DNA of 64,000 nucleotides from a virus, in the IMG/VR virus record IMGVR_UViG_3300050196_000085, positions 5,046 through 69,045 of that record. The stretch is one strand, 5' to 3'. Below, piece after piece: positions 25,881 to 37,000 of this stretch; the first letter of the stretch is position 1, and each line of letters opens with the position of its first letter. A program made the translations under genes and the position numbers. The notes beneath the pieces are model-generated. The model ran no database searches. It was not told the DNA's origin and saw only the letters and a program-made list of their open reading frames with translations.

Positions 25881-27113
25881 ATGCTGAACTACAATGCCCC
25901 CATCGACGGTCAGAAGGCGTCCATTGACGGCGCTGGCTCGGATCAGATGGTCACGTTCTTCTGGTTGAAGAAGGCGATCATCGACGCCCGTCGTGAGCAG
26001 TATTTCATGCCGCTCGCCAGCGTTACTAACATGCCGAAGAACTTCGGCAAGTCCATCAAGGTCTACCAGTACGTTCCGCTGCTGGACGACCGCAACGTCA
26101 ACGATCAAGGCATCGACGCCAACGGCGTGACCATTGCCAACGGCAACCTGTACGGTTCGTCGAAGGATGTGGGCACCATCGCGGGCAAGCTGCCGACTCT
26201 CACCGAAAATGGTGGCCGCGTTAACCGCGTCGGCTTTACCCGTCTTCAGCGTGAAGGTTCTATCCACAAGTTTGGTTTCTTCACCGAGTTCACGCAAGAA
26301 TCGCTTGACTTCGATAGTGACTCGGAGCTGATGTCGCACCTGTCTCGTGAACTGATGAATGGTGCGGTCCAGATGACCGAAGCCGCTCTTCAGATGGATT
26401 TGCTCGCCGCCCCCGGCGTAGTGATCTATTCGGGTGCGGCCACAGATGTGGACGAGATCACTGGTGAGGTCGTTCCCGAAGTCGTGGGCACCAGCCCCGA
26501 GATTCCGGCGTCCATCGTGGACTACGACGATCTGATGCGTCTGGACCAGATCCTGACCGACAACCGCACGCCGACCCAGACCACGATCATCACGGGCAGC
26601 CGTCTGATCGACACCAAGGTGCTGGGTGCGACCCGTGTGCTCTATGTCGGCTCTGAGCTGGCTCCGCTGCTGATGCGAATGAAGGATCCATTCGACAATC
26701 CGGCATTCATTCATGTTCAGCACTATGCCGATGCCGGTACGGTGATGAATGGTGAAATCGGTGCCATCGGCAAATTCCACATCATTCAGGTGCCGGAGAT
26801 GCTGCATTGGGCCGGTGCCGGTGCCGAAGTGGACGACAACCCCGGCTACCGCACCAGCACGGTCGGTGGCGTCGAGCGTTACGACGTGTTCCCGCTGCTC
26901 TGCATCGGCGATCAGGCGTTCACGACCATCGGTTTCCAGACCGATGGCAAGACCGTCAAGTTCAACGTCATGACCAAGATGCCGGGCAAGGAAACGGCTG
27001 ACCGGAACGACCCCTACGGCGAAACCGGCTTCAGCTCGATCAAGTGGTACTACGGTATCCTGATCCTGCGTCCCGAGCGGATCGGCGTCATCAAGACGGT
27101 TGCCCCGGTCTAA
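25881..27113 (+). CDS. Major capsid protein (N4 gp56-like)
   Basis: [64 protein letters not shown]. Confidence 0.97.
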   Translation: MLNYNAPIDGQKASIDGAGSDQMVTFFWLKKAIIDARREQYFMPLASVTNMPKNFGKSIKVYQYVPLLDDRNVNDQGIDANGVTIANGNLYGSSKDVGTIAGKLPTLTENGGRVNRVGFTRLQREGSIHKFGFFTEFTQESLDFDSDSELMSHLSRELMNGAVQMTEAALQMDLLAAPGVVIYSGAATDVDEITGEVVPEVVGTSPEIPASIVDYDDLMRLDQILTDNRTPTQTTIITGSRLIDTKVLGATRVLYVGSELAPLLMRMKDPFDNPAFIHVQHYADAGTVMNGEIGAIGKFHIIQVPEMLHWAGAGAEVDDNPGYRTSTVGGVERYDVFPLLCIGDQAFTTIGFQTDGKTVKFNVMTKMPGKETADRNDPYGETGFSSIKWYYGILILRPERIGVIKTVAPV

Positions 27114-27136
27114 GACCAGTGGCATAAGCCTAAGTT

Positions 27137-27169
27137 GGGGGGCAGAGGCAACTCTGCCCCCTTTCTTTT
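27137..27169 (+). terminator. Rho-independent terminator after the MCP
   Basis: GGGGGCAGAG-GCAA-CTCTGCCCCC-TTTCTTTT. Confidence 0.9.
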
Positions 27170-27195
27170 GACCAAACCCGGAAGGTATCTTCTAC

Positions 27196-28035
27196 ATGGC
27201 TGAACAGACTGAAGGCAGCGGCCCGTCTGAACTCGAACTCCTCAAGCAGCGAGCACGCTTGCTCGGTGTGGAGTTCTCGAACAACATCGGCATCGACACC
27301 CTTCGTGAGCGTGTTAACGCCAAGATCGGTGAAGTGAACAGTGGGGACACTGGTTCCGAACAGTCCAGCGATGAGGCTGACACGGCCAGCGATGGCACCC
27401 AACAGAACCAGAACTTCGATGATGACATTGAAGAAGAGCAGGCTGAAGGGCAGGCTCTGATTCAGAATGCGTTCGATGCAGCGGCTCAGATCGCTGCTAC
27501 CAAGGTGACTGCCCCCGCGACGACCCCGATCTCGCCCAGTGGCGAGATCAAGCGAGTTACTCCCATTGTGGGCAATACGCCGGATCTCACGGCTTCGGCG
27601 AAGACCGGATCGCCATTGGCTCCTCGTGAGGGCCGTACCCCGACGCTTCGTCAGCATCTGTACAATGAACAGATGAAGCTGGTTCGTGTTCGTATTCAGA
27701 ACCTCGATCCGAAGAAGGCTGACCTCAACGGTGAGGTCATTTGCATTGCCAACAAACATCTCGGCAATGTGAAAATGTACGTGCCTTATGGTGAGACGAC
27801 CGATGATGGTTGGCACATCCCCTACATCATTTATAAGGAACTGGCCCGTCGCAAGTTCCTGTCGATTCGTACCGTCAAGGATCCTCGGACCAAACAGCCT
27901 GTGGTCAAGAAGGGGTGGGCCAAGGAGTTCGCCATCGACATCCTTCCGCCGCTGACGCAGAAGGAACTGAATCAGCTTGCGGTTGCACAGGCGGCTGCTG
28001 GGTCGATTGACTCGGGCAACAGCGACCTGCTGTAA
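27196..28035 (+). CDS. N4 gp55-like protein
   Basis: ELELLKQRARLLGV.FSNNIG..KLVRVRIQNLDPKK..LPPLTQKEL. Confidence 0.85.
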   Translation: MAEQTEGSGPSELELLKQRARLLGVEFSNNIGIDTLRERVNAKIGEVNSGDTGSEQSSDEADTASDGTQQNQNFDDDIEEEQAEGQALIQNAFDAAAQIAATKVTAPATTPISPSGEIKRVTPIVGNTPDLTASAKTGSPLAPREGRTPTLRQHLYNEQMKLVRVRIQNLDPKKADLNGEVICIANKHLGNVKMYVPYGETTDDGWHIPYIIYKELARRKFLSIRTVKDPRTKQPVVKKGWAKEFAIDILPPLTQKELNQLAVAQAAAGSIDSGNSDLL

Positions 28036-28066
28036 GCTGAACCAGAGAAGGTAAAGGAACCGCTAA

Positions 28067-28897
28067 ATGAGCTGTGGTGCAGAAACTGAAGCCAATACCC
28101 TCCTCACGGCCCTTCTGGTTGGAGAGGATGTTACGCTTCCTGCAATTGACTTCGAGGATTTCGAGATTCCCGAGGGTCTCCTTGATTCGGTGCTTTTGCC
28201 GGTGGCAAAGCTCACGAATGAAGATCTCACCACCGGTCAGCTTAGCGGTTCCGGCACCTTTGATGTCCTGATGCGAGCCTTCAAGGCTCATCTTCAGGTC
28301 GAGTTTGATAAGGGCCGGATCACTGGAACCGAATACACCAAGGCATATATTGCCCTCACTGAGTCAGCTATGGCTCAGGGTGTGAACTTCCTCGTCAATC
28401 GAGATCAGGCATACTGGGCAGCCGTCACGGCACAGCTTGGTGCCCTTCAAGCTCGAACGATTCTTAAAACTGCTCAGATGCAGTTGGTCACTGCAAAATT
28501 TGAAGCTGTAACCTCGAAGGCCAATTTTGGCCTGACCAAGCTGAAAATCAGTTCCGAAAGTATGGCCTACTGCACGGCCAAATACGGTCTGGAAAACATG
28601 TTGCCGCAGCAGCTTACGCTGCTAAGGGAACAGACAGAAGCTCAGCGTGCTCAGACCCTCGGCACACGTTCGGATGGTGCTGCTGTTACCGGCGTGCTTG
28701 GTAAGCAAGTGGCTCTTTATACCCAACAGATCACGTCTTATCAGCGTGACGCCGAAGTTAAAGCTGCCAAAATGTGGACCGATGCGTGGACCACCATGAA
28801 GGCGATTGACGAAGGTCTTGAACCTCCGACAGCCTTTGCAAACGCAACGCTGAACACCATCATGCAACGTGTACAGACGAATAATGGATTGAGCTAA
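28067..28897 (+). CDS. Virion structural protein (N4 gp54-like)
   Basis: GSGTFDVLM..EFDKGRITGTEY..QQITSYQRDAEVKAAK. Confidence 0.85.
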   Translation: MSCGAETEANTLLTALLVGEDVTLPAIDFEDFEIPEGLLDSVLLPVAKLTNEDLTTGQLSGSGTFDVLMRAFKAHLQVEFDKGRITGTEYTKAYIALTESAMAQGVNFLVNRDQAYWAAVTAQLGALQARTILKTAQMQLVTAKFEAVTSKANFGLTKLKISSESMAYCTAKYGLENMLPQQLTLLREQTEAQRAQTLGTRSDGAAVTGVLGKQVALYTQQITSYQRDAEVKAAKMWTDAWTTMKAIDEGLEPPTAFANATLNTIMQRVQTNNGLS

Positions 28898-31290
28898 TGG
28901 GCCTGTTTGGTGGCAGTACGACCTATGTAACTTCTGTGGTTTACAACCTTGCAGGGGACATAGACAAACGCCCAAATTACCTCAAAAGCGTTGTCATTCA
29001 AGACAACGTTTACGACTCGGGTGACAAGGCCAAAAGTATCAGAGATGGTTATATGCACGGACCGGGGATGAAACTCCGGTCCTTTGGTCGTTGGTCTCAG
29101 CATGACTATTCTGATGTAATGGGATCTGCCACGGGAGCACTGTTGGGCGATAATAGCCTAAACGTGTCTGTACTTACCGATGAAATCGCCACCATTATTG
29201 GAAATACCCAGCTTACGGTTCAAAAAGCTGAACTGGAGTTTGCTGATTCAAATTGGTGGGCTGATAGGTGGATTTTAGAGAATCATCCAGAATTGGTTGA
29301 TAATAACTACCAATCAGACTTTGATGAAGGATCAGGGGAAGTTGTCATTCTTCTCGAAGACGGTGTAACCATTTACCGGTTTACCCCTACCGATTATGAT
29401 GCAACATCTCGGTATATTTATGCTGTATTTAACACCTATGAAATAATCCATCACCCGGCTGTTCCGGGCGATCCTTTGGCTACTCCACCGATTCCAGAAA
29501 CACCCGCTCACGGCGAATGGGTTTATGGGGTTGTGCAAATTTTCCTGTATAAGATTGGTTCTGGGAATAGTGTTCTTGACGCTATGGTTGCTCCAAGCTC
29601 TGACGGGTCTTGGTTCTTTCCGATAATCCCTTTGCGGATCGACAACAAGTTTGTCGGGCCTGACAAAGATCAATGGGACATCTCTGACCTCGGTGAAGAT
29701 GCTACCGAGGACCAAATTGATGCTGCATTCAAAGCAAAGCGGGAAGAGTACCCGGAAGCAGATCTTCCAATCAACTACCCTGACATCTATCCCATGGCCA
29801 AGCGGGCTTTGAAAAAGAGCATTGGCGGTAAGTTCGGTAAGGTTATTAACAGCCTTGCTAAAAACGTGTCCCTTAAAGACATCGACTATGCTTACGCGGT
29901 GTTTGGTGTTTGCATTAACACAAAGGAGGATACAGCTAAATTGTATCTGTGGGAGTTCTTTGACAGGTTGGTCGATACCCAAGAAGAGCATGACCCAACA
30001 TCGTGGGAATCCAGCATCATTGATTATCGGGTAAAAATGGCTGCTTGGGTTGCTTGGGTAAATGGCGGAAGTGTTGGAACTGAACCGGAAAAGCCGGTCT
30101 ATCCAAGTCTCTTAACCCAAGGCATTAGAATCCATGCTGAAGGTTCTGCACACATCAATTATGATGTAACTATTAACTGGAACGGTATGGCCCGCTCCAG
30201 TGGAACCGGTATGCGTAGCCCCACAGCAACGGTTGGTTCTGTTTGGTGGGAAGTTGGTGCTGACCTTGAATACGAAGAGATCTTTTACTCTCTTAGCACA
30301 GAAACTGTTATCTCTAAGGTTCGGGAAAGAGTGAGTATTTTTATTCAAATAGATTCCGATAATTGGAAGGCTATTACGATTTGGAATCTCACACACAACA
30401 ACATGATTTACAATGGCAAGGCTGTCAAGACATCGGCAAAGAGAGCCATTCTTTCTCAAAATGACAAAGGCGAAACTATTCCTTACGAAGAAAGCGGATT
30501 TATCATTCCGCTAAACTTTGATTTGTTTCGTGACATGAGTTTGGCAAAGTCTACGCAGATGGCCACTGCGTCGTGCTACCTTGTGCTTAATTGCTACAAG
30601 GTCGTTAAAAAGAAATGGTATCAGACACTGTTTTTTCAGATCCTGATAATAGCTATCATCATTGCAGTGATTATTATATTTCCGCCTGCCGCTGGTTCTG
30701 GCGGCGTTCTTGGATCTAACGCTGCTATTGGATCTGCTCTGGGGTTTTCTGCGGGAACTGCAATTATTATCGGGGCAATTGTAAACGCAATTGCTGCAAT
30801 GATAGTTGCAAAGCTCATTGTTAAAGTTGCCACTGAATTGTTTGGAGATAAGTGGGGAGCTATCATAGGAGCTATGGCAGCTTTTGCTGCACTGTCTGTG
30901 GGAAGTAGCCTTGCTAACGGTGGAACCCTTGCTTCAAGTTTTTCCCATATGTCTAATTTGTCCAACATTTTGGCTATGACAAATGCCGTTGGTGAAGGGG
31001 TGCAGGGCTACATCGGAGCTTTGGCTCAAGACAAGTATGAGCAAACTTCCCAACTTCAAAGTGACTACGCTCAGAGAGAAGCAAACCTTGAGAGTCTCTA
31101 TACAGCAAACATTGGCCCTGATATGGCATATCTAAACCCTTTGGGAATGATTCAACATAGGCAATACGTGCCTGAAAGCTCTGATCTTTTCCTAAGCCGG
31201 ACCCTGATGACGGGGAGTGACATAGTTGAATTTACAAACAGCTTGCTCACCAACTTCGCTAAGTGGACCATCAACACTGATCTTCCATGA
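28897..31290 (+). CDS. Virion structural protein (N4 gp53-like) with a hydrophobic C-terminal region
   Basis: MGLFGG..SVVYNLAGD..FFPIIPLRIDNK..YKVVKKKWYQT + TM-like stretch. Confidence 0.8.
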   Translation: MGLFGGSTTYVTSVVYNLAGDIDKRPNYLKSVVIQDNVYDSGDKAKSIRDGYMHGPGMKLRSFGRWSQHDYSDVMGSATGALLGDNSLNVSVLTDEIATIIGNTQLTVQKAELEFADSNWWADRWILENHPELVDNNYQSDFDEGSGEVVILLEDGVTIYRFTPTDYDATSRYIYAVFNTYEIIHHPAVPGDPLATPPIPETPAHGEWVYGVVQIFLYKIGSGNSVLDAMVAPSSDGSWFFPIIPLRIDNKFVGPDKDQWDISDLGEDATEDQIDAAFKAKREEYPEADLPINYPDIYPMAKRALKKSIGGKFGKVINSLAKNVSLKDIDYAYAVFGVCINTKEDTAKLYLWEFFDRLVDTQEEHDPTSWESSIIDYRVKMAAWVAWVNGGSVGTEPEKPVYPSLLTQGIRIHAEGSAHINYDVTINWNGMARSSGTGMRSPTATVGSVWWEVGADLEYEEIFYSLSTETVISKVRERVSIFIQIDSDNWKAITIWNLTHNNMIYNGKAVKTSAKRAILSQNDKGETIPYEESGFIIPLNFDLFRDMSLAKSTQMATASCYLVLNCYKVVKKKWYQTLFFQILIIAIIIAVIIIFPPAAGSGGVLGSNAAIGSALGFSAGTAIIIGAIVNAIAAMIVAKLIVKVATELFGDKWGAIIGAMAAFAALSVGSSLANGGTLASSFSHMSNLSNILAMTNAVGEGVQGYIGALAQDKYEQTSQLQSDYAQREANLESLYTANIGPDMAYLNPLGMIQHRQYVPESSDLFLSRTLMTGSDIVEFTNSLLTNFAKWTINTDLP

Positions 31291-31823
31291 AGGAGGCCCT
31301 CGTGGCTAGTGAAGCTTTCAATAATGCCTTTGGGGGCGACTGGCTTCAGAGTCTAAATGGTTTGGACTCGCAGAAGTTTGCTCCTGTTGTCCAGAAACCG
31401 ATTCAGATCCCATATCAAGCTGGTGCCATTCCTATTACCAATGCTGATGTGCTCGGTACTGATTGGAGTAAAACCCTACCTTCAGCCTTGACTGGTGGGG
31501 CAGCCGGTGACGCCTCTATCGCGGGTGCTTTGGACCGATATACGGCTAGTCTTGGCAAGATGAAAACCGGTGATTGGATCAACGCTGGTTTGGGCGGCGT
31601 TCAAACCATAGGGGGTCTGATCGGGGCTTTTGGTTCTCTTGGCCTTGCCAACAAGCAATTCAACCTTTCCAAGCGAATGGCTGAAACCAATCTTACTAAT
31701 TCAGTGCAGGCGTATAACACTGCTCTTGAAGATAAGGCCCGCTCTCGTGCTGTAATGGAAGGCACATCAGCCGCTGATACGGCGGCATACATTGCCAGCC
31801 ACAAGGCTACCACAGGCAATTAA
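31287..31823 (+). CDS. Virion protein (N4 gp52-like)
   Basis: LGLANKQF..QAYNTALEDKARSR; synteny. Confidence 0.75.
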   Translation: MKEALVASEAFNNAFGGDWLQSLNGLDSQKFAPVVQKPIQIPYQAGAIPITNADVLGTDWSKTLPSALTGGAAGDASIAGALDRYTASLGKMKTGDWINAGLGGVQTIGGLIGAFGSLGLANKQFNLSKRMAETNLTNSVQAYNTALEDKARSRAVMEGTSAADTAAYIASHKATTGN

Positions 31824-31835
31824 GGAGTAGACGTA

Positions 31836-33923
31836 ATGGCTCAGCTCACTTGGCGTGAAATGCAGGCCCCCGATCTGAGCACGTCTCTTCGGGGCTACCA
31901 ACAGTTTAGTTCTCTTTTGGATAGTGCTCTCGGGAAGGCACAAGGAACCGTAGATCGCATTAATACCTCGATGGATGAACGTGCTAACAACGGTGCTTTG
32001 CGTATTGCTGCTGCTATTCAGGATCCTGAACAGGCCAAGCAGATTCTGCTTGACCCTCGGTTTATGAATGACCGGCTAGATGGCCGGACCATTGCCCAAC
32101 TTGCTACTCGACCGACACAGATTACTGCTCAGCAAGCAGGTGAGCTGGCGTTTTCGGATGCCAAACTGGCTTCGCAGCAGGGCAAAGCTGAAGACGCTCT
32201 TGGTGCGGATCTCACCCGTGCCTATGCTCTTCGGGAAGCTGAGGGTGCTGGACAGCTTACGGCTGAAGGTCGGGCCGAGTACAAGGCAATTCGTGATCGT
32301 ATTGCTGCTGCTGCTGGCGGTGTCGGATCTAAGAACGCTTTGAGTAATTTGACGACTCTTTCGAACGCCGAAACTGATGCTTTGGGTCGGGCTACCTCTC
32401 GACTGAACATGGATAATACCCGCCTCAACATGAGTAATGTTGAACAGACGATGAGGTTTGCTGCACAAGAACAGGGCTGGAAAGCTGAAGATCGTGTGGA
32501 TCTGGCCAACGCTTCGAACGCGGTTCGGGACGTGCTTCAAAATGCTCGTGATCCAGACACAGCCCGTAACATCCTGAGTCGCTACAAATTGTCTGGGAAG
32601 GCTTACAGTCTGGCAGTTAGTCAGCTCGGGGGTCAGTTCAAAGGTCTCGTGGGCGACGCCCCTATCAGTGGTGATCCGGCTTTGGCCGGTATCGGTGATC
32701 AAGGTTTTACCGGCCCCGGTTTGAACGGCGACTACCGCTCGTTCATGTCCAAACTGGAGAATGCCTCGGGTAATCCGAATGCTAAAAACGGAAATTCTTC
32801 AGCCTCAGGGCTGTACCAGTTCACGGACGGTGCGTGGCTTGGAACTATCAAGAAAGCAAATTCGTCTTGGGCACGGGGCAAGAGCGACTCTGAGCTGATA
32901 GCTCTCAAGTCGAACCCTCGGTATCAGGATATGGTGGAACAGGCTTTTCGTGCAGACAATGCACAGATGTTGGCCAATGGTGGTTATGCCGCATCTAATA
33001 TCAATCTCTACGGTATGCACCACTTCGGTGGTGTTAATGGTATGAAGTTTGCGGGTGCCAGTGGCAACACGCCAATGACACAGATTCTGACTCAGGCGCA
33101 GATCAATGCTAATCCACATCTTCGCAACATGACGAAAGATCAGGCCATCCAGTATTGGGGGACTAAGACGGGTGGGGCGGTGTCCACTGGTTCTTTGTCA
33201 GGTGCTACGGATGCTGCTCTTACAGGCATTGCCGGTCGTAGAAGCCAAAACAACGTCACGTCTAATCAGCGTGACTGGGTGGCTGGCCTTAATGACACTC
33301 GGGATGTCGAGCAGGTTATTCAAGATCTCAAGAAGGACACTTTCAAAGGTGTCTCAGACGACTATATCCGTCGTCAGATTCTTGAGGGTATGAGTAAAAA
33401 TCCGGGCGCTAACGCCGCTCAGGTGGGGGGTGTTCTACGTCGTTCTGTGGGTTCAGGTGATAATGGCTTCTGGGGCTTTGGTTGGGCACGTTCAGGTATC
33501 GATGCTGTCATGCCTGACTGGTTCAAGACCCCGAAAGCACCAAACCTTGGTAATGGTCGTCGAATTGACTACACCAAGCGTGATGCTGGTTTGGCTGAAG
33601 TTCGTTCGGGCGATGTCATCGACAACGTGCTGGCGGATAAGGCTTTGGGGGATACGGCTGCTGTTGTTGAAGCTCAGCGAAAAATCTTTAACGATGCTGA
33701 CGTGGCTTATCGAACGGCTGTTTCGTCGAGGGACAGTCGAGTTCGTAATTCGCTCCCTGCTTTGGAACGCGCCCGAAACATTGCTGCTGCCAATCTTCAC
33801 ATGACGTTGGGAGCAATCGCTACTGATGGGAATAGTCGCTATCAGACGCCTCCGGTTGCAACAACCGCAGGTAATCCCAATAGGTCGAATCCACGCCGGA
33901 TCATCAACAGTCGTTTTCAGTAA
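31836..33923 (+). CDS. Ejection protein (N4 gp51-like) with a lytic transglycosylase-like domain
   Basis: FMSKLENASGNPNAKN..SSASGLYQFTDGAW..LYGMHHFG. Confidence 0.8.
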   Translation: MAQLTWREMQAPDLSTSLRGYQQFSSLLDSALGKAQGTVDRINTSMDERANNGALRIAAAIQDPEQAKQILLDPRFMNDRLDGRTIAQLATRPTQITAQQAGELAFSDAKLASQQGKAEDALGADLTRAYALREAEGAGQLTAEGRAEYKAIRDRIAAAAGGVGSKNALSNLTTLSNAETDALGRATSRLNMDNTRLNMSNVEQTMRFAAQEQGWKAEDRVDLANASNAVRDVLQNARDPDTARNILSRYKLSGKAYSLAVSQLGGQFKGLVGDAPISGDPALAGIGDQGFTGPGLNGDYRSFMSKLENASGNPNAKNGNSSASGLYQFTDGAWLGTIKKANSSWARGKSDSELIALKSNPRYQDMVEQAFRADNAQMLANGGYAASNINLYGMHHFGGVNGMKFAGASGNTPMTQILTQAQINANPHLRNMTKDQAIQYWGTKTGGAVSTGSLSGATDAALTGIAGRRSQNNVTSNQRDWVAGLNDTRDVEQVIQDLKKDTFKGVSDDYIRRQILEGMSKNPGANAAQVGGVLRRSVGSGDNGFWGFGWARSGIDAVMPDWFKTPKAPNLGNGRRIDYTKRDAGLAEVRSGDVIDNVLADKALGDTAAVVEAQRKIFNDADVAYRTAVSSRDSRVRNSLPALERARNIAAANLHMTLGAIATDGNSRYQTPPVATTAGNPNRSNPRRIINSRFQ

Positions 33924-34001
33924 CTGACATAGGAAAGGTCTTCCCCTAAACATCCGCATACGATAGGGATCCTGAAATCACTCTGATTTCAGGATCTCTT
34001 C

Positions 34002-37000
34002 ATGGCTTCTCGCTACCAGCAGCTTTTGAACCAGTACGCCGGAGCAATGCCCACCCCATTGCCCGTGCAGAAAGCGGAAGAGGTTGAGCAGGCTGCTGAC
34101 TCCAAACGACAAATGCTGGAGGGCCTGACGCCACAAGACGGCTATGATGCTGCCACTATCCGTCACGATCCTAACATGGCTGGCCTCAGCTCGGCCTCGG
34201 AAATCGAACGAGATATGGCTACGGCCAGTCCGCTTGACCTGTATCTGAAGTACGGTGATGCAGCTCGTGGGATGATTGCCAACCGCAGTACCGGTAGCAT
34301 TCAGCGTCAGGCCGACATCACTAATACTGACTCCAATCGAATTGGAGACATGATTACGTCTATCCTCACTGGCACGACTAATCTCGTTGGTGGTGTGGCT
34401 GGTCTAGGTGCAGGTGCCCTATCTCCGGTGATCGGGGCCAAGCCCGGTCACGCTATTAATGAAGTCACTGGCGATGTTACCGGTTTTATCAAGGGGTTCC
34501 AGTCAGAAGCCGTGAACGCCTCGGATCGGGTCTATGACGCGGCCCGTCGTATGGCCGAACGTGACAACCGCGAGACGGCAAATGGAATTGCAAACGATCT
34601 TCGTCCTTATGTCGGCGACACCGTTGCCGAAGCTTCGGCCGGTGTGGCTGAAGGTGTGGCCGATACCTACTCGGCTCTGAAGAACTCGTGGGAGAACCCC
34701 ACGATGGCGCTGAATACTACAGGTGAGGCTATTGGTTCGCTACTGCCGATTGGCAAGTTGACCAAGGTTCTTGGTAAAGTAGGTGGTGCTGTAGTTCGCC
34801 GTGTTGGTATGGCAGGTGCCGTCGAAGAGATCGCCGCTGCTAAGACAGCCGGTCGTTATCTAACCGTGGGTGATCGCATCGCTCTGTCAGCCACTGAACA
34901 TGCTCCGGTTATGGCTGCTATTGGTCTGTCTGAAGCAGGCGGTTCATTCCAAGGTACGGAGCAGGAAGCCTACCGTCAACTGAAAGAGCAGGGTGTCGAT
35001 GAAGGGGATGCTCTACGTATTGCCAACAACGCTGGTCTGTCGGCTGCATGGAAGCAGGGTCTGGCTGCAATGGCCAGTGGTGCTCTGACTGCGAAGTTCG
35101 AGGCCAACCCGTTTGCTAAAATGTCTCCCCGCGAGTTCGCCAAGATCTTGCTCAAGGAGCCTATCGAAGAAGGTTTCCAAGGTGCATCGGGTCAGCTTGC
35201 CCAGAACCTTGCGGTGCAGGACTACGTGAACGCAGATCAACGTCTCATGGAAGGCGTAGGCGAGCAAGTGGGTCTAGGTATTGTGGGTGCTCTTGGTTCC
35301 ACTGGAGCTGTGCAGACACCGGGTCTTGCTCTTCGTGGTGCAATTGAGACGGCCAAGCTTCCTTTCCGTGCTGCCGGTGCTGTGCTTACGTATCAGGGCA
35401 ACCGTGTTGCTGCTCGGAACCAGAAGGTTCAGGATGATGCTCTTCGGGGTATCTTTGGTGAAGCTGATGCTGTTTTGCCGGATGCTCAATCTGAAGCTGA
35501 ACAGGCCATTGAAGCTGCCAAAGCCAATGCTACGGTTAAAGCTGCTGCTCGTGAATGGGTGAATGGTATGGTGGAAAGGTTCCAACAGACCAAGAGTGTG
35601 CAGGCTGCTGCCGACATCGTGAATAAGGTCGGTGGTGCCACCAAGGATAAGCTGGATGCTGCCCTTGAAGTCATCAACGGTATCCGTAATTCTGAGACCA
35701 CTCAGGATGATGAGACTCCGGCACCTTTGGCCAATACGACCATGCAGAGCATCAAGGATGCTGTGGCTAATGTGGCACAGTCTGAAGGTGTCCAGCAGGC
35801 CATGGACAATGCCAAAACCATGTTCGGTCGTGCTGCTGGTGCTATCAACGCTGGCGTTCGTTCGGCGATTGCTGGTCAACAAGCTCGTAAGGCATCTGCC
35901 CCTGAAGACATGCAGGTTGCTGCAAATCGTCTGGTAGGTCTGGCCGAAACCAATCCCGAGAAGTTGGACCCGGATGCTGCAAACCAGATCCTTTACCACG
36001 CTGGTCAGGGGACTATTCAGCTCACGCCGGTTCAGACGAACGCTCTTCGTATGGGTGTTGCTGCTGCGCGGACTGCCAAGGATGCCACCAATGTGGGCAG
36101 CAAGTATGGCCTAACCGGTGCTCAGGCGGTGGCCGAGAACGTACTCACGAACGGTCGAAAGAAGGGCGAGCGCCTTTCGCTTCAAGAGCACCTTAAGACC
36201 ATTCGAGCTGCGCTTGACATGGGTGATCGTGAAGCTGCTACCCGTGCGTTCCGAGAACTCAGTGGCTTTGCTCAGCACTTGTCGAACCAAGTCGTTGCGA
36301 TCAACGACGCTTTGGTTGGTGGGAACACGAACGACAAAAACCCAGTCACTTTCAATGCTCATGTCGGCAATGGTGTTTTTAAGCCCCTCGGAAGTCGGTA
36401 CGTTCAACCAACCTCTGAGAAGAGCGTCAAGATTGCCCAAGAGATGGCCACTCAGGCTGCTGTTGTCGGAGCGGCGGTGAACAACCTGAGTGATGCTTTC
36501 CCCGAGTTCAGCATCCCTCACATCGAAATTTCTTCGCTTGATCCATTGCTCGATGGTGATGCGACTACCGTCGCCAAAGAGTATGCGAGTGGGAAACGTA
36601 AAGCTTCGGTCAATGAGGCAGACAGTATTACTGTCGAGGCTGGGCAGGTCGATCAAGGTAAAACACCCTATGAGATGCAGGTGGTGGAAGAACCTAATGT
36701 AGATCAGACCAATAGTGAACAGGCTGTGTTTGAACCAACCCAAAAGGTTGAGCAGTCGCAGACAGAAGTTGTTGTTTCTGAAGCTGAAAAGGTTTCCGCC
36801 GTTGAAGAAAAAACTTTGATAACTGAAGCCACTCTTGTTGATCAACCGGGGGAACAGGGAATCGAATCCTCGGTAACTGACAAGCCTGTATCAGAGCAGG
36901 TTCCTGCTGAGGAAGTTCAGAAAGATCAGCGTGTTGGTGGTGACAGCAACCGGGTCACTCGTGCGTTTACTGAACCAAATAAACCTAAGACCCGTATTGC

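Noticed and set aside
21980-27816. Long antisense ORFs (e.g. 25608-27125, 21980-22708; similarly 58422-60008 and 60769-62490)
   Set aside because: Shadows of high-GC3 sense genes (MCP, portal, rIIA/B), with no RBS or protein-like features.
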